From Psilocybe cubensis (Eukaryota): DNA of 64,000 nt. The stretch lies in the NCBI GenBank assembly GCA_017499595.2, contig CM039000.1, forward strand, positions 2,790,001 through 2,854,000, read 5' to 3'. A program made the translations under genes and the position numbers. The notes under the pieces were generated by a model that had not been told where the DNA came from, did no database searches, and saw only the letters and a list, made by a program, of their open reading frames with translations. Positions 22,136 to 38,000 of the stretch are shown in pieces. The first letter of the stretch is position 1, and every line of letters starts with the position of its first letter.

Positions 22136-23098
22136 TTACCCCACAGGGGTAGAGGGAGAGGGCGAAGGGGTTGGGTCGTCTGTCTCATAACAGCCTCCAG
22201 CGGACAAATGTATAAACCTGCTTCCCACCCTTCGACTCTGCTCGGGTGAATGTGATATCCATATCACTGCTTTCAATGTGGTTTTAGTGGAATAGACCCT
22301 CTCCACTATGGCTTGTTCTACTAGTAGCGATGTCTCTTGGTCTAGAGCAGAAGTGGGCTCTATTCACAGACAAAATAAATTTGGGATATAAGAGTCATCG
22401 TCTGAAGCGAAAGACTCACCATCAAGTAGTAGTATCTCTGCCGTGTCCAAAGATATGGCTGCAGCCAGCAAAATTCGTTGACCTTCGCCTCCACTAAGGT
22501 TCATCCAAGAACGGTGCCAAAGGTCTGCCTGTATCTCAAACGCTTCTCCTACTTCAATGGCACGCGCGAGTAACTCATTCGGCGAGCTGTTAGCATTGTC
22601 ACGCGCCAGAGCCTGGTGGGACCGCAGCTTCGTAATGGTGACAAGGAAGTCGAACGGAGAGCCAGGCAAAAGAGAAGGCCGCTGAGGCACGTACAAAATT
22701 TTTGTTCTATATGCAGGAATTCCTATGATAGTATTTAGAAGTCAGGTATAAGGATTCCAGCTGTGAAATGGAGTCCGCACCATAATCCAGAGCAGTCCTA
22801 ACAAGACATATGAAGCGGGGAAAAAACATGGAATATGGTGCTTACCGTCCTCTATACAGACTTTCACCGGTGTGCATGGTCAAATGGGAGATACATTTGA
22901 GCAACGTCGATTTACCCGACCCACTTCTTCCTTGCAGCACCACAATGTCGCCTAACAGTGAAATTATATAATTGGAGGTCTAATTGTGCAAATTTTGTGC
23001 TTACCTTCATTAACAGTAAAACTGATATTAGAGAATATGTTGGTCCCTCTTTTAAGGTAGCAAGTAATATCCCGAAGTTCCAGAACAGGTGCCCCCAT
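22136..23098 (-). CDS. Stand-alone ABC ATPase (single nucleotide-binding domain, no transmembrane domain; YbbL/FetA/STAR1-like)
   Basis: ATG 23098 MGAPVLELRDITC. Walker A GRSGSGKST, Q-loop YVPQRP, signature LSGGEGQR, Walker B/D-loop LLLDEPTSALD and H-loop WISHS. TAA 22136-22138. Includes a 17-nt exon at 22781-22797. Confidence 0.85.
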
Positions 23099-23420
23099 TT
23101 ATTGTCGCAAAGGGCAAAGATCAGTCGCGCCATCCCAATTGCCACCAAGGTCTCACGTGAACTGGTAAACATGAAGTGACATCATTTATCCAATTTTGGC
23201 TCGTTCATCCATCCACCGTATGAATTATGGCAAACCGCGCTATGCACTATTGAGAACGAACTGTATAACATGGTGAATGATTTAAGAGCGAGCATAAGCA
23301 GATGTCATTCACAGCTGGCTAGATAAGAGCCGCGTTAGCAGCTCCGACACGTGTAAATTATGTTGAGACAAATCACAAGCGAAGGATCATCTACAATAAA
23401 TAACACTATTCGTGTAACGC

Positions 23421-24667
23421 TTAAGGTGGGCCCATCATGCCCATCTCCTCTGGTGTCAAGGTCGTACTTTCGATCATTACACCAACACCGACCTTCGCCG
23501 AGTTCTACGGTATGAACTAATCAGCCGGCTTGTCGAAAGTTAGCGGCTAAGAGGCCACATACCTTGAAGTGATCTATCTCTCCAGAAACGAGGAAGGCGA
23601 ACGCTGGAACGAATCGCTGCTCCAGCAGAGCAGACACCTTGCCGGTTGAGTCAACCTGTGCTCTGAAGGTCGCGACTCTGAAATCATATTTGGCGCCCAA
23701 AGTCGCGATGGCGTCCCTTCGGGTAGGAGCGGAAAGAACTTGCAGATCCGCGGCGACTTCGACCTTTTCGCTCAGCCGTTGCCAGTATGTGGCCTGAAGG
23801 ATACCAGAAGGCTGCAGCTGGGCAGTGGCAATCCAGTTTTTGTCCGAACTCGTCAACTTGGCCAGGTAGGAGACAGCCAGGTCACTGGTATCGGGGGTAG
23901 GGCGCTGGTATAGACCTTCTAGACCAATTGCCAGGTTTTTAGTGATGGACTGGAGATAGCTACCAATGTAGACACCAGTGAGATTAATTGGTGAGGGGTT
24001 AACGGCTTTAATGTTAGCACTGAAATCTGAACCATGGTAGTCGTGCTCCAGTTGAATCATGCTTTGCTCCGCTTGTTGGGACAACTGTGCGATCAAAAGT
24101 CAGAAGGGAAGGAGATGAGAGATACATTACTGACCTGTGCTTGCACCTTGAATACATTGTTAGCGTCCCAACCGTTATTAAACCTGCCACTAATACTGCC
24201 TTCGTGGTCTACTGAACCTTGAAGGAAAACCTAACAAGACATTAGCGAGTGGTTATACAGTTCAGAACGCATGACACACCTTTTGGTTGGCAAAAACAGC
24301 TCCGAAGTTGTAGGAAGAGGGAAGAGTTTGTGATCCCAAGGCGAAGGAGTGAGTCACCTGGAACAAGGGGTTCACGGAAAGACTTTTCGTCAGGTCCGCA
24401 CGAGCACCGTCAAAGATATAGTTTGACAGATGGGTGCCTTCGGACTACTTGAGTAGTGCAAAGGACAAACAGAACAGTAGACATACCCTTCACTTCCTTC
24501 TGAAGATTTTCGACTGAACCAGGATGGGGGAGGCCGAGATCCTCGCGCCAGCGGGCAAAGCGGTCGTAAGCATTAAAAAAGGGGGATATAGGGTTGAAAT
24601 ACGAAGGAACTATAGGAGTTGAGGATTTGGAATGCACATCCTCTTCAGGTAAGAAGGTGGACGCCAT
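23421..24667 (-). CDS. TOM40: Mitochondrial outer membrane translocase Tom40
   Basis: LGLPHPGSVENLQKEVK, FDGARADLTK, QLEHDYHGSDFSANIKAVNPS, YIGSYLQSIT..LAIGLE, LGAKYDFRVATFRAQVDSTGKV and FLVSGEIDHFK. TAA 23421-23423. Confidence 0.95.
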
Positions 24668-25070
24668 AAGGACGAAGAGAGAAGTGCAACCGTGGCAAGA
24701 GGAAAATTGCGCCAAACACGAGCAATCATTACTTTTCTGGTACTTGGGTGGCGCGCACGCTTGACTTAGTGCAATTCATTTCTATCCTGTTACATGCAAA
24801 ATATTTTATTCTGTCTGATGTTTTTTTGATTTCGTCTACCGTAGTCTTGTCTTTAACCGGAATTGGCATTACTTGAGCGGGAGATGTTTTTTGGCGTTTG
24901 TCCTACCTGCCTGGCTGTTCCGCCATTGCCGATCTCCACCTTGTCTTACGCTCCGAATCCTCTCCGTGCAGCCGCCCAGTTCTGAATCCTGCCGATATCA
25001 AACCCGCTCCAGGTTATCACCCAGGGTGTCCAACTGATATATAAATCTCTTTGGGGCCTTGTTTTGCCCC

Positions 25071-26915
25071 ATGTCTGCCCGTCTCCCTCAGATTTCCGGT
25101 CGGCGCTTTGCCTTCATCGTTTTCCTTCTCATAGTTTGTTGAATCAAATCGGTTTCAATAGGCTCTGCGAGCTAACTGTGCTACAGATTTCCTTCCATTT
25201 TCTTTTGACCATTCTGTTCAAAGAATATGACTCTATACCTTCGTTGTATCGAATAAGTGACCGATTTGGGTTGACGACGCAAGAAGAGGAGGCAGATATC
25301 CAAGAAACACTCTTCGAGCAGAACAACATCACTTCGATATCCTTTTTGCACTCTAATTTATCGATACACGAAGACCCTGTCTCAACCAATGCCAATGCAA
25401 CTTTTGTTCTCCTCTGTCGAAATAGCGATCTGGCGGGCGTACTCGCCAGTATACAACAAGTGGAAGACCGATTTAATCGCAATCGTGGATATCCATGGGT
25501 ATTGTTGAACGAGGAACCGTTCACGGAGGAGTTCAAACGGTGTGTTATATAAATCTGTGGCATCATTCAATTCTCAGACATTTTCAACATCCAGACGGGT
25601 CAGCGTGCTTGTCAATTCTTCTATACAATTTGGTCAGATTCCAGCCGAACACTGGTTTCAACCTGATTGGATAGACGAGGAAAAGGCCAAAGCAGGACGA
25701 ATACGCATGATGGCACAAGGCATTATCTATGCTGGTGAGCATTGCTTCTCCGAATTTGATAGATGCACCAGTATGACCGTTATCATTAGGCAGTGTACCG
25801 TATGTGTCACCGCACTAAATTTATCTCTCCATCTAAATCTCCCATATAGATACAGAAATATGTGTCGCTTCAATTCGGGGGTACGTTCTATCTTTGGAAG
25901 CTTCGCAATGCTCCCTGTTGATCATTATGGCCTAGTTTTTCTTCCAACATGAGCTATTAAAGCCATATCGTTACTACTGGAGGTCAGTACCATATTTTGG
26001 AAAATTGAAACCGACTTTATTCATTTATCTTACAGAGTCGAGTAAGGATGAAATGACGTACTATTTTCTTGGTCTAATCGATCCTTAGGCCTGATGTGAA
26101 GTATTTCTGTGACGTTGACTACGATCCGTTCAAATTTATGGAAGAAAATCAGAAAGTATATGGTGAGAACGAATCAAAGCAATGTATTTATTGTGTCGCT
26201 GACGGAACTGCTTAGGATTCACAATATCGCTCGTGGAGTGGGAGGCGACGATACCAACTTTGTGGAGTGCAGTAAAAGGTTCGTTGCAATACATCCTAGC
26301 TCCAACGTCGTCATACTAAATTGATATATCAGAGTTCATATCTGAAAATCCACACTACGTGGACCCGAACAATTCGATGGAATTTCTCTCCGACAATAAC
26401 GGTGATACCTACAATCTTTGCCACTGTAAGAAATACCTTGCAGTCGTCATTTTCTTGTTCATAATTTTTGCAGACTGGAGTAATTTTGAGATTGCCGACA
26501 TGGACTTCTGGAGAGGAGAGGCTTATCAGAAATTCTTTGATTTCCTAGAAGCTAAAGGGGGATTCTACTACGAGGTACCCTGTTTTAAGATTTTACATGG
26601 AAAATATGGTCACCTAATGTTTATCATCAGAGATGGGGAGATGCACCGGTTCACAGTATAGCAGCATCGTTGTTCGCAGCCAAAGATCAGGTTCATTTCT
26701 TCCGTGATATTGGTTACAGGCACAGCCCATTCCAACATTGTCCTATTGGTGAAAAATGGGTCAAAGGAAAGTGCTCTTGCGACCCTAATGATAGTTTCGG
26801 TTTGTGCCTTTCGATTTGTGAAATTATCTTACGACTGATTTGATTGTTTGGTGGACATATTTCAGATTATGTTCAGAATTCGTGTCTCAAGAAGTATGAG
26901 GACATGTTTTGGTAA
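25071..26915 (+). CDS. GT15 alpha-1,2-mannosyltransferase (KRE2/KTR family), copy 1
   Basis: Type II TM N-terminus. NATFVLLCRNSDL, VEDRFN..GYPWVLLNEEPFTEEF, YRNMCRFNSG, YYWRVEPDV, WSNFEIADMDFWR, GGFYYERWGDAPVHS and DIGYRH. TAA 26913-26915. Confidence 0.92.
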
Positions 26916-27549
26916 CGCTTAATGCTCTCATCAGATGGTTAGAAGAAGGATGCTATCTATGTCTCTTATCTTCGCCACAGATTTGTAAATTTACTCATTT
27001 TCATCTTTAATTTATTATATTATGTTTGTAGTACTCTCTCGTTTTTATATACATAGATTCATCTATTTAGTATTAATAGACGACCTGTTGAATCAATTGA
27101 ATATTATTTACTACTTCGCTGTAGAAGAAGTTATACCTAGTTGGTTCCTGCGCTGAATATCACATTAACGAAGTTACAACTCTTTGTTTTTCCCTCGCTT
27201 TCCTTTTTCTCCCTTTTACGGACTAAGGAGATCATCAACTGCGCAATTTGCAGGACACACTGACCCAAAGCGCCAAGGATGTTTTAGGAACTGTGGTCAA
27301 TGATCTGTGGCGGTGTTGCAGTGATATTTATTACGTAATGATCATAAGCAGCCTGTCAGGCTTGACGCTGACGACCAGACCATTGAACATTAACAACTGC
27401 CACCGTCACCACTGAACCACGTTTGAAATTTCTGAGAACTTTCAAGAATTTGTTGACATATTCCTAAACACACACTTTAACTCAGGCGGTGGTCCGCTGA
27501 CACTATCTATTCGTATTTGCGGTGATTTCACAGAAAACATTTGCAAAAG

Positions 27550-29413
27550 ATGATGACCCCCATGCGTTATGTCGTGGTCGTGCTGGCCCTTATTGTAAGT
27601 TTGTTTTACTGTGTGTTCGTACGAATCAGGTTCTGAATTTAGATTGGCTGTGGCTATAGATCAGTTTACACTACCTTGTTAGCTTCACAAGTGATAGCTA
27701 CGGTCGCGTAACTTCTCTCGAAAGTCTCAAGAAAGCGGTTGTTGGCTCGAAGCCAGATCCGAATGTACCCCCCTATAAGGTCCCTGTATCAGATGAATAC
27801 TATGTACATAAGAACACAACCTCGCCTCTCGGAAGGAAAGCAAATGCAGCTATTGTAATGTTGGGTAAGGCATGCGCTTTGACACCTTGGTGTATTTTTG
27901 CTCACAATTGTACCATAGCCCGTAACAGTGATTTGAACGGTGTCATCATTAGCATGAAGCAAATGGAGGATCGTTTTAATAAAAAATTTCAATACCCATA
28001 CGTCTTTCTGAACGAACAGCCGTTTGAAGACAAATTTGTACAGTAAGTATCTTTACTTTCCTTGGCCTCAGATGATTTACATCATGCATAGGCGGGTCTC
28101 CGAACTCACAGATGCTAAAGTTCAATTTGGTCTAATTCCAAACGAGCATTGGGTTCAACCAGCAGAGATCGATGAGGAAAAAGCCACAGAATCTCGTAAT
28201 AAGATGATCAAGGATAATGTCATTTACGGCGGTAGGCGAATCTCTGATTCTGGCGAGCACTTCCTCACAATTTTTTTATAATAAAGGGAGTGTACCGTAG
28301 GTTTTTTTTTGCTACAACCTGCTCTTTACTCTAATTGTTGCGTAGATATCGCAACATGTGCCGTTTCAATTCGGGTGTACGTGGAATGCTTCTCTTATCG
28401 TCGAACTATCAATTTAAGTGTTTTTTAGTTCTTCTATCGTCACGAACTTCTTAAACCATTCCAATACTACTGGAGGGTTGAGTGAGTTCTATATAAAATG
28501 TTTATCTATACAGTTATCTTCAATTCCAACAGGCCTGACGTCAAATTTTTTTGCGACATCGACTACGATCCCTTCTTAATCATGCAAGATCAAAACAAGT
28601 TGTATGGTGTGTAGATAACATATGGCTTACTGGTTGCACATTAAGATTCACCTTTTTCTAGGCTTTACTATATCTTTGTATGAGTATGAAGCTACTATTC
28701 CTACACTATGGAGCGCAGTGAAAGGTTGGACTACCTTTTATTCTCCTTATATTATATGTCTACAGAATCTGACAGGTCTCTAGAATTTATTCATGAAAAC
28801 CCTGAACTCATTTCCCCCGACAACGCCATGTCCTTCCTTTCGGATGATGGAGGTGAAACATACAATCGTTGCCATTGTAAGTTTTGTTACATTCCATGTA
28901 TTTTGCGTAATTTTGTCCTGGTTTTCATCTAGTCTGGAGTAACTTCGAGATTGCAAGCTTGGATCTTTGGAGGAGTCCTGCTTATTCTAAATTCTTCGAC
29001 TTTTTGGACAAGAAAGGCGGATTTTATTACGAGGTATACTAACTGACATCCACATGATCACCAATGATACTTACACACCGCTTTTCAGCGCTGGGGAGAT
29101 GCTCCAGTTCACAGTATTGGCGCCGCTCTGTTTGCTAAGAAGGAACAAATTGTACGATTATTTGTGACCAACTAAGCCCTGCCATTGATGATATCTTTTA
29201 GCACTTTTTCAATGACATAGGTTACCGACACGAGCCTTTCCAACACTGTCCTCAAGGAGATGCACACAAAAGAGGGAAGTGTTGGTGTGATATCACCCAA
29301 AATTTTGGTAAATTCTACCTCAAATCATTCAATGCTTGATTATCTGACCGTCGCTTTACCCAGACTATGAAGGTTACTCATGTTTGAACAGATACGACAA
29401 GCTATTTGGATGA
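27550..29413 (+). CDS. GT15 alpha-1,2-mannosyltransferase (KRE2/KTR family), copy 2
   Basis: MMTPMRYVVVVLALI TM. ANAAIVMLARNSDL, MEDRFNKKFQYPYVFLNEQPF, YRNMCRFNSG, YYWRVEPDV, CHFWSNFEI and GGFYYERWGDAPVHS. TGA 29411-29413. Confidence 0.92.
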
Positions 29414-29553
29414 TACTTCACTGTATAATAGTAATATATTAGAACATACCACGATGCCGCCGCCATAGAACTTCGAAATGTCACTTTTAAAATGCAAGTT
29501 GACATTTCAAGTGCAAGTTAAGAGTAAGAGGCCAACATTCGGTATACGGTTTA

Positions 29554-33372
<3,819 letters not shown>

Positions 33373-33616
33373 GACATCTCTCCTTCTACGTTTGGTCGGA
33401 CTACTACTATACGCTGTTACAATTGACCAACTGTCGGAAGTGTCCATCATCCCGCCAGAGGGCACAATCACGTGCCACGTTTCCCATCTACAGTGTCTGC
33501 ACGATGATGACACGGTGACACGTCCGCGACCAAGTTTACTACTATCGTTTCTTACACTCATTACAATAACAGCGATACAGCAAAAACCGCGACGCGCTGC
33601 ATAGCTTCAGCTCGTG

Positions 33617-34835
33617 ATGAAAAACCTTTTTTTTGCGGGTCTCTGCACTCTCCTTGCGCTCCCTTCTTTTGCCGCGACAAATACTCAGCAACAGCTCGCC
33701 CAATTAGCTGCGGCAGGAAATGGAATCATAAAGTTGAATACCGAAACTTTTGACTTGTTGACTGCACCAAAGCGCACATGGTCTGCCTCCATCCAACTTA
33801 CTGCTTTAGACAGTAGGCGTCGATGCAACCCTTGCAAGTTTGTATACCTTCCCCAATGCTTGCGCTTTGGAATCTCACGGCACTGAACAGGGAATTCAAT
33901 CCTTCTTGGGTTTCAGTTGCAAAAGCTTGGGCAACGGTGCCTGCTGATAAACGCAATGAACACTTCTTTGCCACCATTGACTTCGATGATGGGACTGCAG
34001 TCTTCCAGAGGGTTGGTCTGACTTGCCCACTACCGACTGTTGGGTTCTAACGACTTTTTAAAGCTCGGGCTAGCATCAGCGCCTGTTGTGTACCACTACC
34101 CTGCTACAGAAGGTCCCCGAAAACCTACTAATGGAAAAACGTCTCCAGTTAAATATGACTTCTCAGAGTATGTAGGCGTCGACCGCATGAACACTCTTTT
34201 ATTGCTAATCCTGTTTCTTCAATAGAGGCTTCGAAGCTGCACCTCTCGCCCAGTACCTTTCTCAATATACTCCTACTACTATTCCCTACCGCGACCCTAT
34301 TGACTGGACTCGCTGGATCACCATCGCTGTTGGCGCTGTCGGCTCTTTGCTCTTTCTCAGGTTCATCTCTCCCATTGTTCAAAGTAAATGGACATGGGCA
34401 GCTGTAACTGTCGTTACATCGCTTGTCATGACATCTGGCTACATGTTTACTCGTATCAGGAACTCTCCATTCAATGGTGGCGACGGCAGCTGGATTGCTG
34501 CGGGATACCAGAACCAATTTGGACAAGAAGTTCAAGTTGTGGCCTTCATCTGTATGCTTAATGTCGTATTAATTTTAAATGATTTTTTCTCATCTTTTCT
34601 CAGATGGACTATTGGCGTTTGCATTCCTTATGCTCACAATGGTTGTGCCTTTACAAACGTCACCACAAAAACAGCGTTTTCAAGTCTACATATGGACAGC
34701 AGTGATCATGATTGTTTACTCTGTCCTTGTCTCCCTGTTCAGAGTCAAAAATCGAGGTGCGTTGTCTGATGAAAAACATTTTAATAGCTGTTTTCTTAAT
34801 CTTGACCAGGGTACCCTTTCAAACTGTTTTTATAA
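33617..34835 (+). CDS. OST3: Oligosaccharyltransferase gamma subunit (Ost3/Ost6 family)
   Basis: Signal peptide and thioredoxin-like CNPC. Then FFATIDFDDG, MTSGYMFTRIRNSP and AAGYQNQFGQEVQVV, four TM helices, and the end FRVKNRGYPFKLFL*. Confidence 0.9.
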
Positions 34836-35014
34836 CTCTGTAAAAATTCGATCGATCCCTGGAATAATAGCAGTAGCAATTTTAGGTTTATGATATTACA
34901 ATCCATAAACCTCTCAAGAGCGTGATAATATATACCATTTGAAGCATTAAAGTAAGGCTTTATAAATCTACCAGAATATGAAACAATAAGGATTACATCT
35001 CGCACCGCCGGCTC

Positions 35015-38000
35015 TCATGCCGCTCCGCCCTCTTGTTGGAATACGTCAACATAACGACTGCGTACATTCCTTTTGGCTGCTGACGACTTTGGCCTTCCCG
35101 GAGGGGGAGGCCCTGTGTTCATCCTAGTTCCAGTTGGAGTGCTGGGTGCCGATTCGGTTGGAGGTGCCAAGTTAGAACGAATGCGCATTGGGGCTTTCAG
35201 AGGTGGCTCCGTGCTGAGATCTATCGCAGAAGCAGAACGAGGCGGTGGTGGCCCAGCTGGAGACTGAGACTTGGAGTTTGACATGCCCGGGGATGCGGTC
35301 TGAGCTCTTGAAGGTGGAGGTGGCGGTGCAGCTTTTGGGGCTTCATCGGTTCCTCCGGCCTTCGAAAGTAATTTCCTATCAGACGGAGCACGTCGTTAAA
35401 GAAGATCGGAATCACCTTTTTATTAACCCATCGTTTTTGTTCCTTGTCGTAGTAAAACGACGACTCTTCACCCAGACTAGCCTTGATGGGTGCAGGTGTT
35501 GTTGACTCACTCCTCTTCCACCAGCGACCTAACCATGAACCACCGCTAGCAGCGGCTGGGGGATCTGTAGCGGGTTAAAAAGGAACATCATGGCAATGTA
35601 ACAAAAAAAATACTTACCGGCTGGTTTAGGAGGGGTGGGAGTTGCTGACTTGACCGTTGCAGATACAACCTCGTTACCTTCGTCTGTGTCCGCCTTCTTA
35701 GGTTTCGGCTTCGAGTTCCCAAGGCCAAGATCGTCTTCATCATCCTCTATATGTGTTGACCGCGAAGATTGTTGTGAAACTTGTTGAGGACCAATGGCGA
35801 ACGAGTTGTTATCCATCAGTGAAATGAAGCCATCGCTACTTGGCTGGATAGATGTCTCGTCTACCGACATGAAAGTAGCAGCAGTGGGAGTAGAAGACGA
35901 GGCCTCGTCAGTGGTACCCCACCAAGAAGAGCCCCCTTGCACTGGCGTCTCAGCTTCGTCTGCTGCTGTGGTATTGTACTTCGATGTATATGTATCATAG
36001 CGTGACTGGCCATTTAGACTATAGCCAGTGGGAGACGACTGGGAGGACGAGATGGAAGTAACTTCATTTGTAGGCGCAGGTGGCCTTTGTCGCATGTAAC
36101 CCATCGCTGATGATGCCCGTTCGATCTGTATTTGAGAATAAGGAGAAGAAGTTGCCATAGCGGATGTCGTGCGCTGGGGAGGAAGTGAAGTTGGATTGGA
36201 AAAAGAGGGCTGTGGAGAAGATCGAGCAGAAGGCGTAGTAGAAGAAATAGTGCTGTAATGAGCAAAAGGGCCTGCGAAAGGTTGGCCTGCTGATTTAGCC
36301 TGATCATCCGTGTGACTCGGCTCGTCGGTATCCCCAGTTACTAACTTTGTAAACCTTCCTTCAAGCCATCCACCAATGGTGTCCAAGCTTGGTTTACTCA
36401 ACTTGCCTCCAATCCAGGAACCACCCTTTTCGCCATGAACAACGCCCGATATTCTTTGTTGTAATCCTTGCAGTTGTTCTAAAAGTGCGGCACTTGTATA
36501 CGGAGAAGTTTGGCTTAGTGAAGAGGCTATAGCTTCGCAATATCTGCTACTTCATAAACAATTTTGTCAGCAAGGCAGATGGGAAAACTGACCTATTTGC
36601 TAGCTGAATGTCACCGATTTCAGCAAGTGAGATAGCTCTTATGAACCTATAAGCTTGAAGATGGGGTAAGCCGTGGAACGGTTCATGACCTTTGACCGTA
36701 GGAACAAGCGACATGGCAAACTCGAGAATCTCTGATAGTATGATGGCGTCCGAATCTTTCATCGCCTCGCCTGGGTTTTTTGACCCAACAAGAGTGATTC
36801 TCGTGGAAGGGTTTCCAAATCCACCTAATAAAGATGATTGCGATGAAAGCAAGTAACTAAAAACGCGATTTTAATCACATCAGTGTTGTTTACGAAAAGC
36901 ATGCACGGACCATGAATGAGCGGCTTCAACCCAATTATGAGAAAGCAGTTGGTCGCCTAGGGCAGTCAAAGCACCGGACGTTTCTGGGGTCAGTGGCGAT
37001 GAAATGATCATGGCAGCGGTCTGCGCCCAATTCGAAAGCGCTTCTGCAGGAAGATTCTGTTGCAATACAGGGAAATTAGGTGTTCGAGGTGTAATAAGTG
37101 GAGCTATGGGAGTTTGGACTTGGAGACGACCAGTAGCTCTTTGCAATAGGTTAACGGGCGCCAGTTCCTGGACTATATACAAAGTTGATTTGGAAAAAGA
37201 CCTTGGATAACGTAAAACATACCAGCAGCAGGGCCTTGACCAGAATATAAACTGTATGCCACCCTCAAACTTTCCCGGTTGTTTTTATGACTTTGGATCC
37301 CCCCACCGTTAGTAACTCCGCGTGGCACTTCCTCTTTAGAACTAAGCTCAGTTCTTAAAAAGTCGCTTACCACTTCCTTCCAAGATTCCTTGTCAATGCT
37401 ACTCGCAATGATCATAGCATGTGCCCAAAGCTTTTGATCCATGGCGAATTGATATGCTTGACGACGTTCGCCTTGCAAAAGCAGGTCTTCTATTCTGTCA
37501 AGCGTTGAAGGTCGGAGAGTAACGACGCTGATAGGTGTCTCGTCAACAGGTCCAGTATTGAAAGCTTGAGTAAACATATTAGTTTATATCTGGGATGGTA
37601 GTCTGTTGAATAAACCTTGAAGGGACACTCCATCTTGCAGATTGGTCAAGCTTTCTAATCGAGGTACCAGCGCTGAGCGAACAGCAGACTCTGCTTGTGG
37701 ACTTTTTGGTCACGAGTTAGGTCAGTAATTGTATTGGCGTGGAGAAAGACTTACATCCCAAGAAGTCGACCATCATTTTCGACCATGATGGATAACAACT
37801 TCACAAGAACGAGTTTATCTTCTGCTGCTTGTTTTTCAGCATAAACAAAATATCCAAGGCCTTGGTGGATTTCACTCGCACGGCTAGCGAGATATGCTAT
37901 AACACCGGCCTTCTTCGTCTTTGTTTGAGTGTTTTGGCCTGGTCTTACAAGACTGATTGACGAAGTTCCTGGGTCGGCCAAAAGCGGTCCTGGATAAGCC

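Noticed and set aside
11452-24667. Puf3-type UGUANAUA elements in 3' UTRs of the mitochondrial genes, as a local regulon of the PUF gene
   Set aside because: No perfect element was seen downstream of C1-THF synthase, MGE1, MSF1 or TOM40 (only TGTAGATG after TOM40).
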